Source: Cetorhinus maximus
Taxonomy: Eukaryota
DNA length: 64,000 nt
Assembly: GCF_964194155.1 (NCBI RefSeq)
Contig: NC_135913.1
Span: 9,486,001 to 9,550,000, forward strand
Reading direction: 5' to 3'
Below, piece by piece: positions 49,563 through 62,502 of the stretch. The notes under the pieces are model-generated. The model had not been told where the DNA came from and ran no database searches. It worked only from the letters and a program-made list of their open reading frames with translations. Numbering within the stretch: the stretch's first letter is position 1; each line of letters begins with the position of its first letter. The position numbers and the translations under genes are program-made.

Positions 49563-49733
49563 TCTGTTCAATAACAACCTCACAGATTCTTGTGCCGAGG
49601 TTCTTGCCTCTGTGATCAGTACAAACCAGTCACTGACTGATCTGGACCTGGGTTTTAATCGACTGGGAGACTCAGGAGTGAAACTACTGTCTGTGGCTCT
49701 GAGGAACTCGGGCTGTAAAATACAGAGACTGGG
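49563..49733 (+). CDS. NLRP/ribonuclease-inhibitor-type LRR exon (171 bp, phase 2-2)
   Basis: ccAG|T LFNNNLTDSCAEVLASVISTNQSLTDLDLGFNRLGDSGVKLLSVALRNSGCKIQRL |GTAAGT; open frame. Confidence 0.92.
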
Positions 49734-49913
49734 GTAAGTACCAAACTGTGTGAGATGATGTTGATAATAACTGAATGTCTAACAGGACATTTTCCGCAGT
49801 GTTATTAGAAAAATAAATAAACACTGTCCATTATTATTAATGTCAGTGATAATGTTATTAATGAAAATGAAACTGCATTTCCTCTGCCTCCTGTTATTTC
49901 TCTCTCTCTGTAA

Positions 49914-50085
49914 CGGGTTTAATTTCCCGCTTCATTGTCCGCGGGAGCTCGTCAACGTTTGCGCGTGCCCGCCAAGCCAAATATCGCGCGAGTGCGCGAT
50001 GACGTCAGGACGCTCGTCCGACATCATCTCGCGCGATTCCCCGCCTGCTTGGGTCAGGCACGCGCCCGCCTGCGGGACTCTGGGC
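49914..50085. mobile_element. CpG-rich palindromic MITE-like insertion in an LRR intron
   Basis: Nested inverted pairs GCGCGTGCC/GGCACGCGC, CCAAGC/GCTTGG, ATCGCGCGAG/CTCGCGCGAT. Confidence 0.7.
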
Positions 50086-50319
50086 TCTGTTTCTCCCTTC
50101 ACAGATCCTGTCTCCCAGGCTGACTATTTCCAGAACATTCCTTTATATTTCACACCCACAGCATCAATTAGAGTTGCTTTTATGTTTTGAGGTTGTGTTT
50201 CTTGAATGTTTCACACTGTATATTATTATTTTAATTAGTCACGTTCTTTGAAAAGAAGTGGAAATTTATTCTGATTCCTGTTATTTTTTTCTCTCTCGAA
50301 CCCTCCCCCCACCCCCCAG

Positions 50320-50484
50320 TCTAGGGGACAACAAACTGACAGATTCTTGTGCTGAGGATCTTGCCTCTGTTTTTAATCGCTCACTGACAGATCTGAACCT
50401 GGGTGATAACAACCTGGGAGATTCAGGAGTGAAACGACTGTCTGTAGCTCTGAGGGGACCGGACTGTAAAATACAGAAACTGCA
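50320..50484 (+). CDS. NLRP-type LRR exon (165 bp, phase 2-2)
   Basis: ccAG|T LGDNKLTDSCAEDLASVFNRSLTDLNLGDNNLGDSGVKRLSVALRGPDCKIQKL |GTAAGT. Confidence 0.92.
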
Positions 50485-50653
50485 GTAAGTACCAGACAGT
50501 GTGAGATTGTGTTTAGAATCACTTAATATTTAACAATATATTTGAGCACTGTTACTATTATTAAAAAACACTGTCCATTATTATTAGTGTTAGCTATGAA
50601 TAAAAAGAAACATTTAGTTTGATTCATATTATTTCTCTCTCTCTGAACCCTAG

Positions 50654-50690
50654 GCTATGGGATGCCAGTCCCAAAGATCTTTGTGCCTCG
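50654..50690 (+). pseudogene. Truncated LRR exon
   Basis: tAG|G LWDASPKDLCA then homology is lost; upstream intron matches the intron before 50320. Confidence 0.6.
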
Positions 50691-50789
50691 GGTGTAGGGG
50701 AATATTGCGAGGTCTCCCCTCCTCCTCAGAGTTGGGTGTCTGTCCTCGGACACTGTTGGCCATTAATTTGAAAAAAAAAAGAGAAAAGT

Positions 50790-53700
50790 GATTAGATGGC
50801 AAAAGCGAGGAAAAGGTGGTGGGGTTGCTCTGTTAATAACTGATGACCTGAGTACAGAAGTCAGAGATGACCTTAGTTCTGAAGGTCAAGATGTAGAATT
50901 AGTTTGAGTAGAAATATGAATTCGCAAAGGTAATATGTCACTTTTGTATTCATTTCATGGGATCGAGGCATCACTGGCTAGGCCAACATTAATTGCCCAT
51001 CCCTAATTGTCCTTGGGAAAGTTGTGGTGAGCTGCCTTCTTGAACCGCAGCAGTCCATGTGCGAGTAGCTTATAGGCCCTTAATACCTTCACACTTTCGG
51101 ACAGAATATAGAGGAAAAAATAATGGGCACTTGTAAGAAAGGTGCTGCAATAATTGCTTGTTTTTTTAATCTTCATACATATTGGATGAAGCAGAATGGC
51201 AAAGGTTGCCTGGAGGATGAGTTCGTAGAGTGTATTCAAGACAGTTTCTTAGTGAGTATGTTCCAGTGACAACCACAGAATGGCTATTTTAGACCTGGGA
51301 ATGTTCAATGAGACTGGATTAATTAATGACATCATAGTAAAGGTGCCTTTTATCAGCAGAGTATGTGAGAAAGCCAGTTAGAAGTATAAAAGCCGATAGA
51401 GGTTCTCCAAATATTTATATAGGAAATGAATACTAAAGTGTGCATAGGTACCTTAGAAAATGAGGCTGGGAAATTAACAATGGGAAATGAGGAAATGGCA
51501 GAAGCGTTGAACAGGCATTTTGGATCTCTCTTCGCTGTAGAAGACACAAGAAACATCCCAAGAATACTTGAAAATCAAGAGGTAAAAAGAAAGGAGGAAC
51601 TTAAAACAAGCAGGGTTCCGAGGGAAAAGGTATTAGGAAAACTATTAGATCCAAAGATTAACAAGTCCCTTGACTTGATGGCTTTCATCATAGGGTCTTA
51701 AAGGAAGTGGTTGCAGACATAGTAGATGCATTGGTTGTGATCTTCCAAAATACCCTAGATTCATGGAAGGCCCAGCAGATTGGAAATCACATGGGGCAAA
51801 TGTATTAGATTTCTTTGAGGAAGTGACATGAAAATTGACATAGCAGAATCTGTAGATTTGGTGCACTTGGATTTCCAAAAGCAATTTGATAAAGTGTCAC
51901 ATCAAAGTTAACAAAGATAACAAGATAAGAATTTGTTATGTAGGTGGTAGCATATTAGTATGTATGGATGATTGATTAGCTAACAGCAAACAGAGAGTTG
52001 GGGTAAAGGGCCATTTTCGGTTTGGCAAACTGGTACTAGTGGAGTGACACAGAGGTCAGTGCTGGGGCCTCCAATACCTGTGTAAATTAGTTGGGTGAAG
52101 GAACTGTATGCATGGTAGCTAAATTTGCCGGTGGTGCAAAGGTAGGAAAGTAACTTGTCAAGTGGACATAAAGAGTCTATTAAGGGGTTTAGAGGTGAAG
52201 TGAATGGGCAAAAAATTGGCAGATGGAGTTGAATGTGAGACAATGTGAATTTGTCCCCTTTGGCTGTAAGAATAGAAAAGCAGTAACTTACCTGAATGGA
52301 GAAAGACTGAAGACAGTACGGTACTGAGGGATCTGGGAGACCCAGTACATGAATCGCTAGGCATGCAGTGGAGCAAGTGATTAGGAAGACAATTGGTATG
52401 CTGGCGATTATGTGGATACTGTGGATAAAGCAGTTCCAACAACTGTCTAGTAAACCGAAGATCCTGAGTGTGAATCTCAGTGGTGTCTTTACCCCAATTT
52501 CCATTCAAGGCTTTGAAATGTGACATGTTTACAACAAAAATACATTCCTTTGATGCACAAAAACCCAGTAACCAAAGTGTCCCAACTAAAGAAATCAAGA
52601 ATTGTATTAGATAAAGGGAAGAGATGTATTGAGTTGCCAGAAAAAGGAAAGCCTGAGAATTGGGAAAATTTTAGAAATCTGCAGAGAAGGACATAGAAAT
52701 GGATTAAGAAAGAAAAGATAGAATATGAGAGTAAACTAGCAAGAAACACAAAGACTGATTGTAAATGCTTCTGTAGGTCTGTAAAAAAGAAAATATTTGT
52801 AAAAATAAATGTGGGTCCATTTCAAGCAAGGTCTGGAAAATTTACAATGCGGAATAAGGAAATGGTAAAGAAATTAAACAAATACTTTGTGTCTGTCTTC
52901 ACAGAGAAAAATACTAACAATTGCTCAGAAATAAAGGAGAATCAAGGGACTAGTGTAAACGAGGAACTGCAAGATATTAATATTTGTTAAAAAAAGTATT
53001 AGAGAAATTAATGGGACTTAAAGTAGACAAATTCCCTGAACCTGATGATCTACAACCCAGAGTGTTGAAGGAAGTGGCTGCAGAGATAGTAGATGCGTTG
53101 GTAATCATATTTCAAAATTCTGTACTCTCTGGAATGGTTCCTGTAGATTGGAAGGTGGAAAATATAACCCCGTTGTTTAAGAAAGGAGGGAGAGAGTAAA
53201 GTGGGAACTAGAGATCTGTTAGCCTGACATAAGTAGCAGGGAAAATGCTAGATTCTGCAATACAGGATGTGATAATAGAACACTTAGAAAATAATGGTAG
53301 CATTGGGCAGATTCAACATGGATTTATGAAAGGGAAATCATGTTTAACATACCTGTTGGGGTTTTTTGAGGATGCAGTCAGAATAGATAAGGGGAGACCC
53401 GTGGATGTGGTACAGTGAGGTAGCACAAGGATCACAGGCACAGCTATTCACAATCTGTATCAATGATTTGGACGTGGGGATTAAATGTAATATTTAGAAG
53501 TTTGCAGGTGATAGGAAATTAGGCGGAAGTGTTGTAAGGAGGATGCAAAGATGCTTCAAGGGGATCTGGAGAGGATAAGAGAGTGGCCAAAATTTGGCAG
53601 AGGGAATACAATATGGAGAAATGTGAGGTTATCCACATTGGCAGGAAATAAGAAATACAGACCATTTGTTAAATGGTGAGAGACTGGGAAACGTTGATCT

Positions 53701-55572
53701 TCAAATGTATTTCAATGTCCTTGTTCATGACTCACTTAAAGCTAACATGCAGGTACAGCAAATAGTTAAAAAGGTAAATGGTATGTTGGTTTTTATTACA
53801 ATTGGATTTGAGTTTAGGAGTAAAGATGTCTGACTGCCTTGGTGAGATGGCAACAGTAGCATTCTAAGAAGCTTTTGTCTTCTTAACTAAGGAAAGATAT
53901 ACTTGACTTAGACTGAGTGCAATGAAGGTTCCACTAAAATAATTCCTGGAGCAATGCATGCTGAGGAAAAATTAAATAGACTGGTCCTCTATTCTCTGGA
54001 GTTTAGAAGAATGAGAGGTGATCTCATTCAGGCCGTACAAAATTCTTACAGGGATTAACAGTGTCGATGCAGGTAGGAGGTTGCCCCAGGCTGGGGTTGT
54101 CTAGCACCAGGGGACACAGTCTCAGAATAAGGGGCAGGCCATTTAGGACTGAGATGTGGACTTATTTCTTCACTCAGAGGGTGGTGAATCTTTGGAATTC
54201 ACTGCCCCAGAGGAGGCTCAGTTATTTAGTATGTTCAAGACTAAGATTTATAGATTTCTACACATTGAAAGCATCATGGAACATGGGGTGAATAGAAGGA
54301 AATGTTGTTGAAGTGGAAGATGAACCATGATCTCAGTGAATGGTGGAGTGGGCTCGAAGGGCTGAATAGCTGGCTCCTGCTCCAATTTCATATGTTTTTA
54401 TTGCAAGGGGAATGCATTGTAAAATTAGGGAAGTTTTTCTGCAGCTATACAGGGCCTTAGTCAGACAGCATCTTGAGTAAACTATACAGTTTTGGTCTAT
54501 TTACTTAAGAAAGGGTATTATTGCATTAGAACCAGTTCAGAGAAGGTTCACTCGACTGATTGCTGGGATGAAGGGATTTATTTTATGATGAAAAGTTAAG
54601 CAGATTGGGCCTATACCCGTTGGTGTTCAGGAGGCTGAGAGGTAATCTTACTGTACACATAGGATCCTGAGGGGACTTGACAGGGTGTATGCTGAGAGGA
54701 TCTTTCCTCTTGTGGGTGGAGAACTTAGGGATACTGTCTTAAAAAATAGGGGTCTCCCATTTAAGACTGAGATGAGAAGAAATTTAGTGAGTCTGTGGAA
54801 TTCTCTTCCCAAGAGGTGAGTGGAGGCTGGGCCATTGAATATATTCATGACTGAGTTAAGGTGGATATTTGATTGATAAGAGAATCGAGGGTTACGCAGA
54901 CCAACAGTAAAGCAGAGTTCAGGCCAGAATCAGATCAGCCAGAATCAGATCAGCCATCATCTTATCAAATGACGGAGAAGGCTTCGGGGCTGAATGGCCT
55001 ACTCCTGCTCCTAGTTACTCTGTTCTTATTCCAACACGTTCTTCAGACTACAATCTGTGACCAGTGATGGATAGAGAAGCATTATGTTTTGTGGACCCCA
55101 GAGGCTCTCCTGTGCCCGTTCATTAGGCCACTCGATCTCTCAGCTCCACCAACCATCCACCCTGCCTTCAGGACTCTCCTAACCTGAGGAAGGATGTTCT
55201 TTATATAGAGGGGGTGCAGCGAAAGTTTACCAGACTGATTCCTGGGTTGGTGGGACCGACATATGAGGATAGATTGAGTCGGTTAGGATTATATTCGCTG
55301 GAGTTCAGATGAATGAGGGGGGATCACATAGAAAGCTATAAAATTGTAACACGACTAGACAGGGTAGATGCAGGAAGGATGTTCCCGATGGTGGCAGAGT
55401 CCAGAACCAGGGGTCACAGTCTGAGGATCTGGGGTAGAATTTAGGACTGAGATGAGGAGAAATTTCATCCCCCAGAGAGTGGTGAACCTGTGGAAATCGG
55501 TACCACAGAAAGTAGTTGAGACCAAAACATTGTATGTTTTCAAGAGGGAATTAGATATAGCTCTTGGGGTGA
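50790..55572 (+). mobile_element. Stack of nested or tandem CR1 LINE fragments
   Basis: MGNEEMAEALNRHF, KVDKFPEPDDLQPRVLKE, QHGFMKGKSCL, several 3' ends (RGHSLRIRGRPFRTEM); many stops. Confidence 0.92.
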
Positions 55573-55712
55573 NNNNNNNNNNNNNNNNNNNNNNNNNNNN
55601 NNNNNNNNNNNNNNNNNNNNNNNNNNNNNNNNNNNNNNNNNNNNNNNNNNNNNNNNNNNNNNNNNNNNNNNNNNNNNNNNNNNNNNNNNNNNNNNNNNNN
55701 NNNNNNNNNNNN
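55573..55712. other. Assembly gap (140 N)
   Basis: Run of n. Confidence 1.
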
Positions 55713-57246
55713 TGTCCATGTCTCTGAGTGTGTGTGTGTCCATGTCTCTGAGTGTGTGTGTGTCCATGTCTCTGAGTGTGTGTGTGTCCATGTCTCTGAG
55801 TGTGTGTGTCCATGTCTCTGAGTGTGTGTGTCCATGTCTCTGAGTGTGTGTGTGTCCATGTCTCTGAGTGTGTGTGTGTCCATGTCTCTGAGTGTGTGTC
55901 TGTCCATGTCTGAGTGTGTGTGTGTCCATGTCTCTGAGTGTGTGTGTGTCCATGTCTCTGAGTGTGTGTGTGTGTGTGTCCATGTCTCTGAGTGTGTGTG
56001 TGTGTGTCCATGTCTCTGAGTGTGTGTGTGTGTGTCCATGACTCTGAGTGTGTGTGTGTCCATGACTCAGAGTGTGTGTGTGTCCATGTCTCTGTGTGTG
56101 TGTGTCCATGTCTCTGTGTGTGTCCATGTCTCTGTGTGTGTGTGTGTCCATGTCTCTGTGTGTGTGTGTCCATGTCTGTGTGTGTGTGTCCATGTCTGTG
56201 TGTGTGTGTGTGTGTGTGTGTCCATGTCTCTGAGTGTGTGTGTGTGTCCATGTCTCTGAGTGTGTGTGTGTCCACGTCTCTGTGTGTGTGTGTGTCCATG
56301 TCTCTGTGTGTGTGTGTGTCCATGTCTCTGAGTGTGTGTGTGTCCATGTCTCTGAGTGTGTGTGTCCATGTCTCTTCAGTGTGTGTGTCCATGTCTCTGA
56401 GTGTGTGTGTGTCCATGTCTCTGAGTGTGTGTGTGTCCATGTGTGTGTGTGTGTCCATGTCTCTGAGTGTGTGTGTGTTCATGTCTCTGAGTGTGTGTGT
56501 CCATGTCTCTGAGTGTGTGTGTGTCCATGTCTCTGAGTGTGTGTGTGCCCATGTCTCTGTGTGTGTGTGTGTGTGTCCATGTCTCTGTGTGTGTGTGTGT
56601 GTGTCCATGTCTCTGAGTGTGTGTGTGTGTGTCCATGTCTCTTGAGTGTGTGTGTGTCCATGTCTCTGAGTGTGTGTGTGTGTGTCCATGTCTCTGAGTG
56701 TGTGTGTGTGTGTGTGTGTGTCCATGTCTCTGAGTGTGTGTGTGTGTCCATGTCTGAGTGTGTGTGTGTGTCCATGTCTCTGAATGTGTGTGTGTCCATG
56801 TCTCTGAGTGTGTGTGTGTCCATGTCTCTGTGTGTGTGTGTGTGTGTGTCCATGTCTCTGAGTGTGTGTGTGTCCATGTCTCTTGAGTGTGTGTGTGTCC
56901 ATGTCTCTTGAGTGTGTGTGTGTCCATGTCTCTGAGTGTGTGTGTGTCCATGTCTCTGAATGTGTGTGTGTCCATGTCTCTGAGTGTGTGTGTGTCCATG
57001 TCTCTGAGTGTGTGTGTGTCCATGTCTCTGATTGTGTGCGTGTCCATGTCTCTGAGTGTGTGTGTGTGTCCATGTCTCTGAGTGTGTGTGTGTCCATGTC
57101 TCTGAGTGTGTGTGTCCATGTCTCTTGAGTGTGTGTGTCCATGTCTCCTGAGTGTGTGTGTGCCCATGTCTCTTGAGTGTGTGTGTGTCCATGTCTCTGA
57201 GTGTGTGTGTCCATGTCTCTCTGTGTGTGTGTTTGTGTGTCCATGT

Positions 57247-57284
<38 letters not shown>

Positions 57285-57320
57285 ATGTCTCTGAGTGTGT
57301 GTGTCCATGTCTCTGAGTGA
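55713..57320. repeat. Compound minisatellite [TCCATGTCTCTGAG(TG)n], unit about 24-30 bp
   Basis: Direct reading. Confidence 0.97.
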
Positions 57321-58711
57321 GTGTGTGTCTGTCTGTGAATGTGGGTGAGTGTGTGTGTATGAGTGAGTGTGAGATTGATATTATAAAGCAGCAACACATT
57401 TCACCTTTGGAACAGAATCACTTTAGCCACCCCTGTTTCCTGTTGATGTTAACAGTTTTCAGAAATAACTGAGATATCAGTCAGCCTCTCTGTCTTTATT
57501 GTGATTTGAGGAAGGGTCACCAAGTTCACCAGAGTCAGCAATCATTTATGAAAGGAACAATTTCCTTGACAGCTGTGTTGTAGATGTTTTGATGTTTGTG
57601 ATTGGCAGGGTAAAGAAGGGGCAAAGAGTGGGCGTGGTCCATTTGGATTCCAGCTGAGCTGCTGTCCCTCTGTATTGCTGTAACCTGCAGAGTGCAGACC
57701 AAGTGCTGCAAAATGGGAATAGATTGCAGAGCTCTTCACTTCTGGGCCAGCACGGACACCATGTGAATAAAGGCTGCAAAGATGTGAAAATAAATTCTCT
57801 CCCGTACATTGTTTCTGTTCGCTATGTATTTTTTCAACTCTGACAAAGAATGTGAGGAATTGAGAATATTATCTTGGAGACATTAGTAATAAAAACAGCT
57901 TTAACACGATCCAATGTGTGGCGTTAAACAGTGACAATGTATTGCAGAGGAATTACCAAGTACAGCAACGTTTAACTACTCCCATTCTGAATGAGATTAG
58001 AGTCTGATTACGGTACCAAATGTGCACATTGCAGTCTGAAATAACTCCAAACAACCATCCCCAGCCAATCACTCCAATGGGGGATGAGGAGAGGGTACAT
58101 GTACAGGGCCAGGTGGTAAAAGAGCGAATACAACATCCGGGCGAACTGTGCACCCTGCTGTGAACTTCAATCCCTTACAGTATTGTTCAATATTCACACT
58201 ACATCAAAGTGTTTTCAGATGCAGCCATGCAATAACTGAACTTCTTTGAGACTGGCAAAGAGCAGCGCCTGTAGTGGCGGTGAGCGGCCATCAGAGGGTA
58301 GGGTTGTATCACTTTAATCCCAAGACAATGATGAAAAAAATGCTGGGTGTAAAACTGTCACCTGTCTCTGGGTGAAAATGAAACTGCAGGTTGAAGTTGA
58401 AGAGATAAATTGGTAACCGGGGTTTCACAATGACTCCCCGCACGATCCAGCCATCCAGCTGCACGATTTGTTACAGAACTGGCTGCTCCCTTGATCCTTC
58501 AGCCTCCAAGTTCCCTTTCTGTTGGTTTCCACAACATTCAATCACCACTCGTCAACATGACACTGTCAGATGGAGTTCAGGGGCTGGGAGAAAGAAAACA
58601 AATTCAGGGCATGAATCTGAGTTGGGAAATAAGATTGCCATTTCAAAATAATCAAAATAATTACTGCAATTAATATATTCATTTGGATAAATATTCATGG
58701 ATATATATACA

Positions 58712-60722
58712 CCCACTCCTGTTCACACACACACACACTGAGAGAGACATCCACTCCTGTACACATACACACACTGAGAGAGACATCCACTCCTGTACAC
58801 ATACACACACTGAGAGAGACATCCACTCCTGTACACACACACACACACTGAGAGAGACATCCACTCCTGTACACACACACACACTGAGAGAGACATTCAA
58901 TCCTGTACACACACACACACTGAGAGAGACATCCACTCCTGTACACACACACACACTGAGAGAGACATCCACTCCTGTAAACACACACACACTGAGAGAG
59001 ACATCCACTCCTGTCCACACACACACAGAAATCCACTCCTGTACACACACACACACTGAGAGAGAGATTCAATCCTGTACACACACACACTGAGATAGAA
59101 ATCCACTCCTGTACACACACACACACTGAGGGAGACATCCACTCCTGTACACACACACACACTGAGGGAGACATCCACTCCTGTAAACACGCACACACTG
59201 AGAGAGAAATCCACTCCTGTACACACACACACACTGAGAGAGACATCCACTCTTGTACACACACACATTGAGAGAGACATTCAATCCTGTACACACACAC
59301 ACTGAGAGAGACATCCACTCCTGTAAACACACACACACTGAGAGAGACATTCAATCCTGTACACACACACACACACTGAGAGAGACATTCAATCCTGTAC
59401 ACACACACACTGAGAGAGACATCCACTCCTGTACACACACACACACTGAGAGAGACATCCACTCCTGTACACACACACACTGAGAGAGACATTCAATCCT
59501 GTACACATACACACACTGAGACATCCACTCCTGTAAACACACACACACTGAGAGAGACATCCACTCCTGTACACATACACACTGAGAGAGACATCCACTC
59601 CTGTAAACACACACACACACTGAGAGAGACATTCACTCCTGTACACACACACACACTGAGAGAGACATTCACTCCTGTAAACACACACACACTGAGAGAG
59701 ACATTCAATCCTGTACACACACACACACTGAGAGGGACATCCACTCCTGTACACACACACACTTAGAGAGACATTCAATTCTGTACACACACACACACAC
59801 ACACTGAAAGATACATCCACTCCTGTACACACACACACTGAGAGAGACATCCACCCCTGTACACACACTGAGAGAGACATTCAATCCTGTACACACACAC
59901 ACAGAGACATTCAATCCTGTACACACACACACTGAGAGAGGCATTCAATCCTGTACACACATTGAGAGAGACATTCAATCCTGTACACACACACACTGAG
60001 AGAGACATCCACTCCTGTACACACACACACTGAGAGAGACATCCACACCTTTACACACATACACTGAGAGACACATTCAATCCTGTACACACATACACAC
60101 TGAGAGAGACATCCACTCCTGTACACACACACACTGAGAGAGACATTCAATCCTGCACACACACACACTGAGAGAGACATTCAATCCTGTACACACACAC
60201 ACACACACACTAAGAGACATTCAATTCTGTACACATACACACTGAGGGATACATTCAATCCTGTAAACACACACACTGAGTGAGACACCCACTCCTGTAC
60301 ACACACACTGTGAGATACATTCAATCCTGTACACACACACTAAGAGAGACATTTAATCCTGTACACACATACACTGAGAGAGACATCCACTCCTGTACAC
60401 GCACACACTGAGAGAGACATCCACTCCTGTACACACACACACTGAGAGACATTCAATGCTGTACACACATACACACTGAGAGAGACATCGAATCCTGTAC
60501 ACACACACACTGAGAGAGATATCCACTCCTGTACACACCCACACCCACACAGTGAGAGAGACATCCACTCCTGTACACACACACACACACACACTGAGAG
60601 AGACATTCAATCCCGTCCATACACACTGAGAGAGACATCCACTCCTGTACACACACACTGAGAGAGACATCCACTCCTGTACACACACACACACTGAGAG
60701 AGACATCCACTCCTGTACACAC
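58712..60722. repeat. Compound minisatellite [CTGAGAGAGACAT(CCACT|TCAAT)CCTGT(AC)n], unit about 34-42 bp
   Basis: Direct reading; two interspersed core variants. Confidence 0.97.
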
Positions 60723-60727
60723 ATAAG

Positions 60728-61180
60728 GAGAATTTAGGGATACTGTTTTGAAAAATAGGGGTCTCCCATTTAAGACTGAGATGAGAAGAAATTTAGTTAG
60801 TCTGTGGAATTTTCTTCCCAAGAGGCGAGTGGAGGCTGGGTCATTGAATATATTCAAGGCTGAGTTAAGGTAGATTTTTGATTGACGAGAGAATCGAGGG
60901 TTACGGCAGACCAACAGTAAAGCAGATTTCAGGCCAGAATCAGATCAGCCAGAATCAGATCAGCCATGATCTTATCAAATGACGGAGAAGGCTTCGGGGC
61001 TGAATGGCCTACTCCTGCTCCTAGTTATTCTGTTCTTATTCCAACACGTTCTTCAGACTACAATCTGTGACCAGTGATGGATAGAGAAGCATTATTTTGT
61101 GGACCCCAAAGGCTCTCCTGTGCCCGTTCATTAGGCCACTCGATCTCTCAGCTCCACCAACCATCCACCCTGCCTTCAGG
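60728..61180 (+). repeat. Direct duplicate of 54718-55172 (CR1 3' end plus flank)
   Basis: Near-identical, including the private AGAATCAGATCAGCC tandem duplication and non-LINE flank. Confidence 0.93.
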
Positions 61181-61455
61181 CCTCCCAGCTGCAGCACTTC
61201 ATCTTCCATTGGTGTAAGGATGGCAAGATCAGGACACCAGCACTCTTAGTGGCTCCTTCCCTGACATCATGTGCTCTCTTCTACAAGCAGATAAATTTGT
61301 ATGGTTACTCACCCATCAAAGATACACATTAGTCTATGCTGATGTCAGCCTGGCTGTCCATCATGTCCCCACAGAAATGCTTCCTGCATGTGGACACTCA
61401 GTCTGGGCATCGCAGGAGTCAACTTTCACTGGCCACGGCCTTCCACAGAGAGGCT
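61160..61455 (-). mobile_element. Harbinger Myb/SANT ORF exon remnant
   Basis: ctgcttgtAG|KRAHDVREGATK...PDLAILTPMEDEVLQLGG; homologous to 48400-48600. Confidence 0.6.
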
Positions 61456-62290
61456 GACATGTGGATAATGTGGGTAAATGTGAGGTTATCCACTTTGGCA
61501 GCAAAAACAAGAAGGCAGATTATTATTGGAATAACTATAAATTGAGAGAGGGGGAATGCGCAATGAGACCTGGGTGTCCTCGTACACCAGTCGCTGAAGG
61601 TAAACATGCAGGTGCAGCAGGCGGCAAATAAGCCAAATGGTATGTTGTCCTTCAGAGCGAGAGGATTCGAGTACAGGAACAGGGATGTCTTGCTGCAATT
61701 ATACAGGAACTTGGTGAGGCCACACCTGGGATATTGTGTGCAGTTTTGGACTCCTTACCTGAGGAAGGATGTTCTTGCTATAGAGGGAGTGCAGCGAAGG
61801 TTTACCAGACTGATTCCTGGGATGGCGGGACTGACATGTAAGGAGAGATTGAGTCGGTTCGGATTATATTGACTGGAGTTCAGAAGAATGAGGGGGGATC
61901 TCATAGAAAGCTATAAAATTCTAACAGAACGAGACAGGGTAGATGCAGGAAGGATGTTCCTGATGGTGGGGGATCCAGAACCAGGGGTCACAGTCTGAGG
62001 ATACGGGATAGACTATTTCGGACTGAGATGAGGAGAAATTTCTTCACCCAGAGAGTGGTGTGCCTGTGGAATTCACAAACACAGAAAGTGGAAGAGGCCA
62101 AAACATTGCATGTGTTGAAGATGGAGTTAGATATAGCTCTTGGGGCGAAAGGGATCAAAGGATATGGGGAGAAAGCGGGAGCAGGCTATTGAGTTGGATG
62201 ATCAGCAATGATCATAATGAATGGTGGATCAGGCTCGAAGGGCCGAATGGCCTACTCCTGCTCCTAATTCCTCTGATTCTATGTTTAACT
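61455..62290 (+). mobile_element. Relatively young CR1 LINE 3' end
   Basis: LLQLYRNLVRPHLGYCVQFWTPYLRKDVLAIEGVQRRFTRLIPGM; tail gaatggcctactcctgctcct. Confidence 0.92.
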
Positions 62291-62502
62291 CTGTTTCTCT
62301 CCACAAATAGCCTGATCTGCTGAGTATTTCCAGTTTATTATATTTATATTTAATTTGCAGCATTAATAGTATTTTCTTTTTCCTTTATAAATGGATGTTG
62401 TGCTTTTGGAATGTCTCTTACTGTATATTATTATTAATAGTATTCGTTAAAACACTGTGGATTTACCCTGATTCCTGTTATTTTTCTCCCCCTGTTCCTT
62501 AG

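Noticed and set aside
42258-49733. GPCR exon 1 splicing to the LRR exons to make a membrane-anchored LRR chimera
   Set aside because: GPCR exon 1 ends in phase 1 whereas LRR exons start in phase 2, so a direct splice is out of frame
50790-55572. Active full-length LINE
   Set aside because: Multiple stops, frameshifts and fragment junctions; no intact ORF2
55355-60914. Long ORFs (up to 680 aa) rich in HT/CV repeats
   Set aside because: Translations of (CA)n/(TG)n satellites, some running through the N gap; not genes
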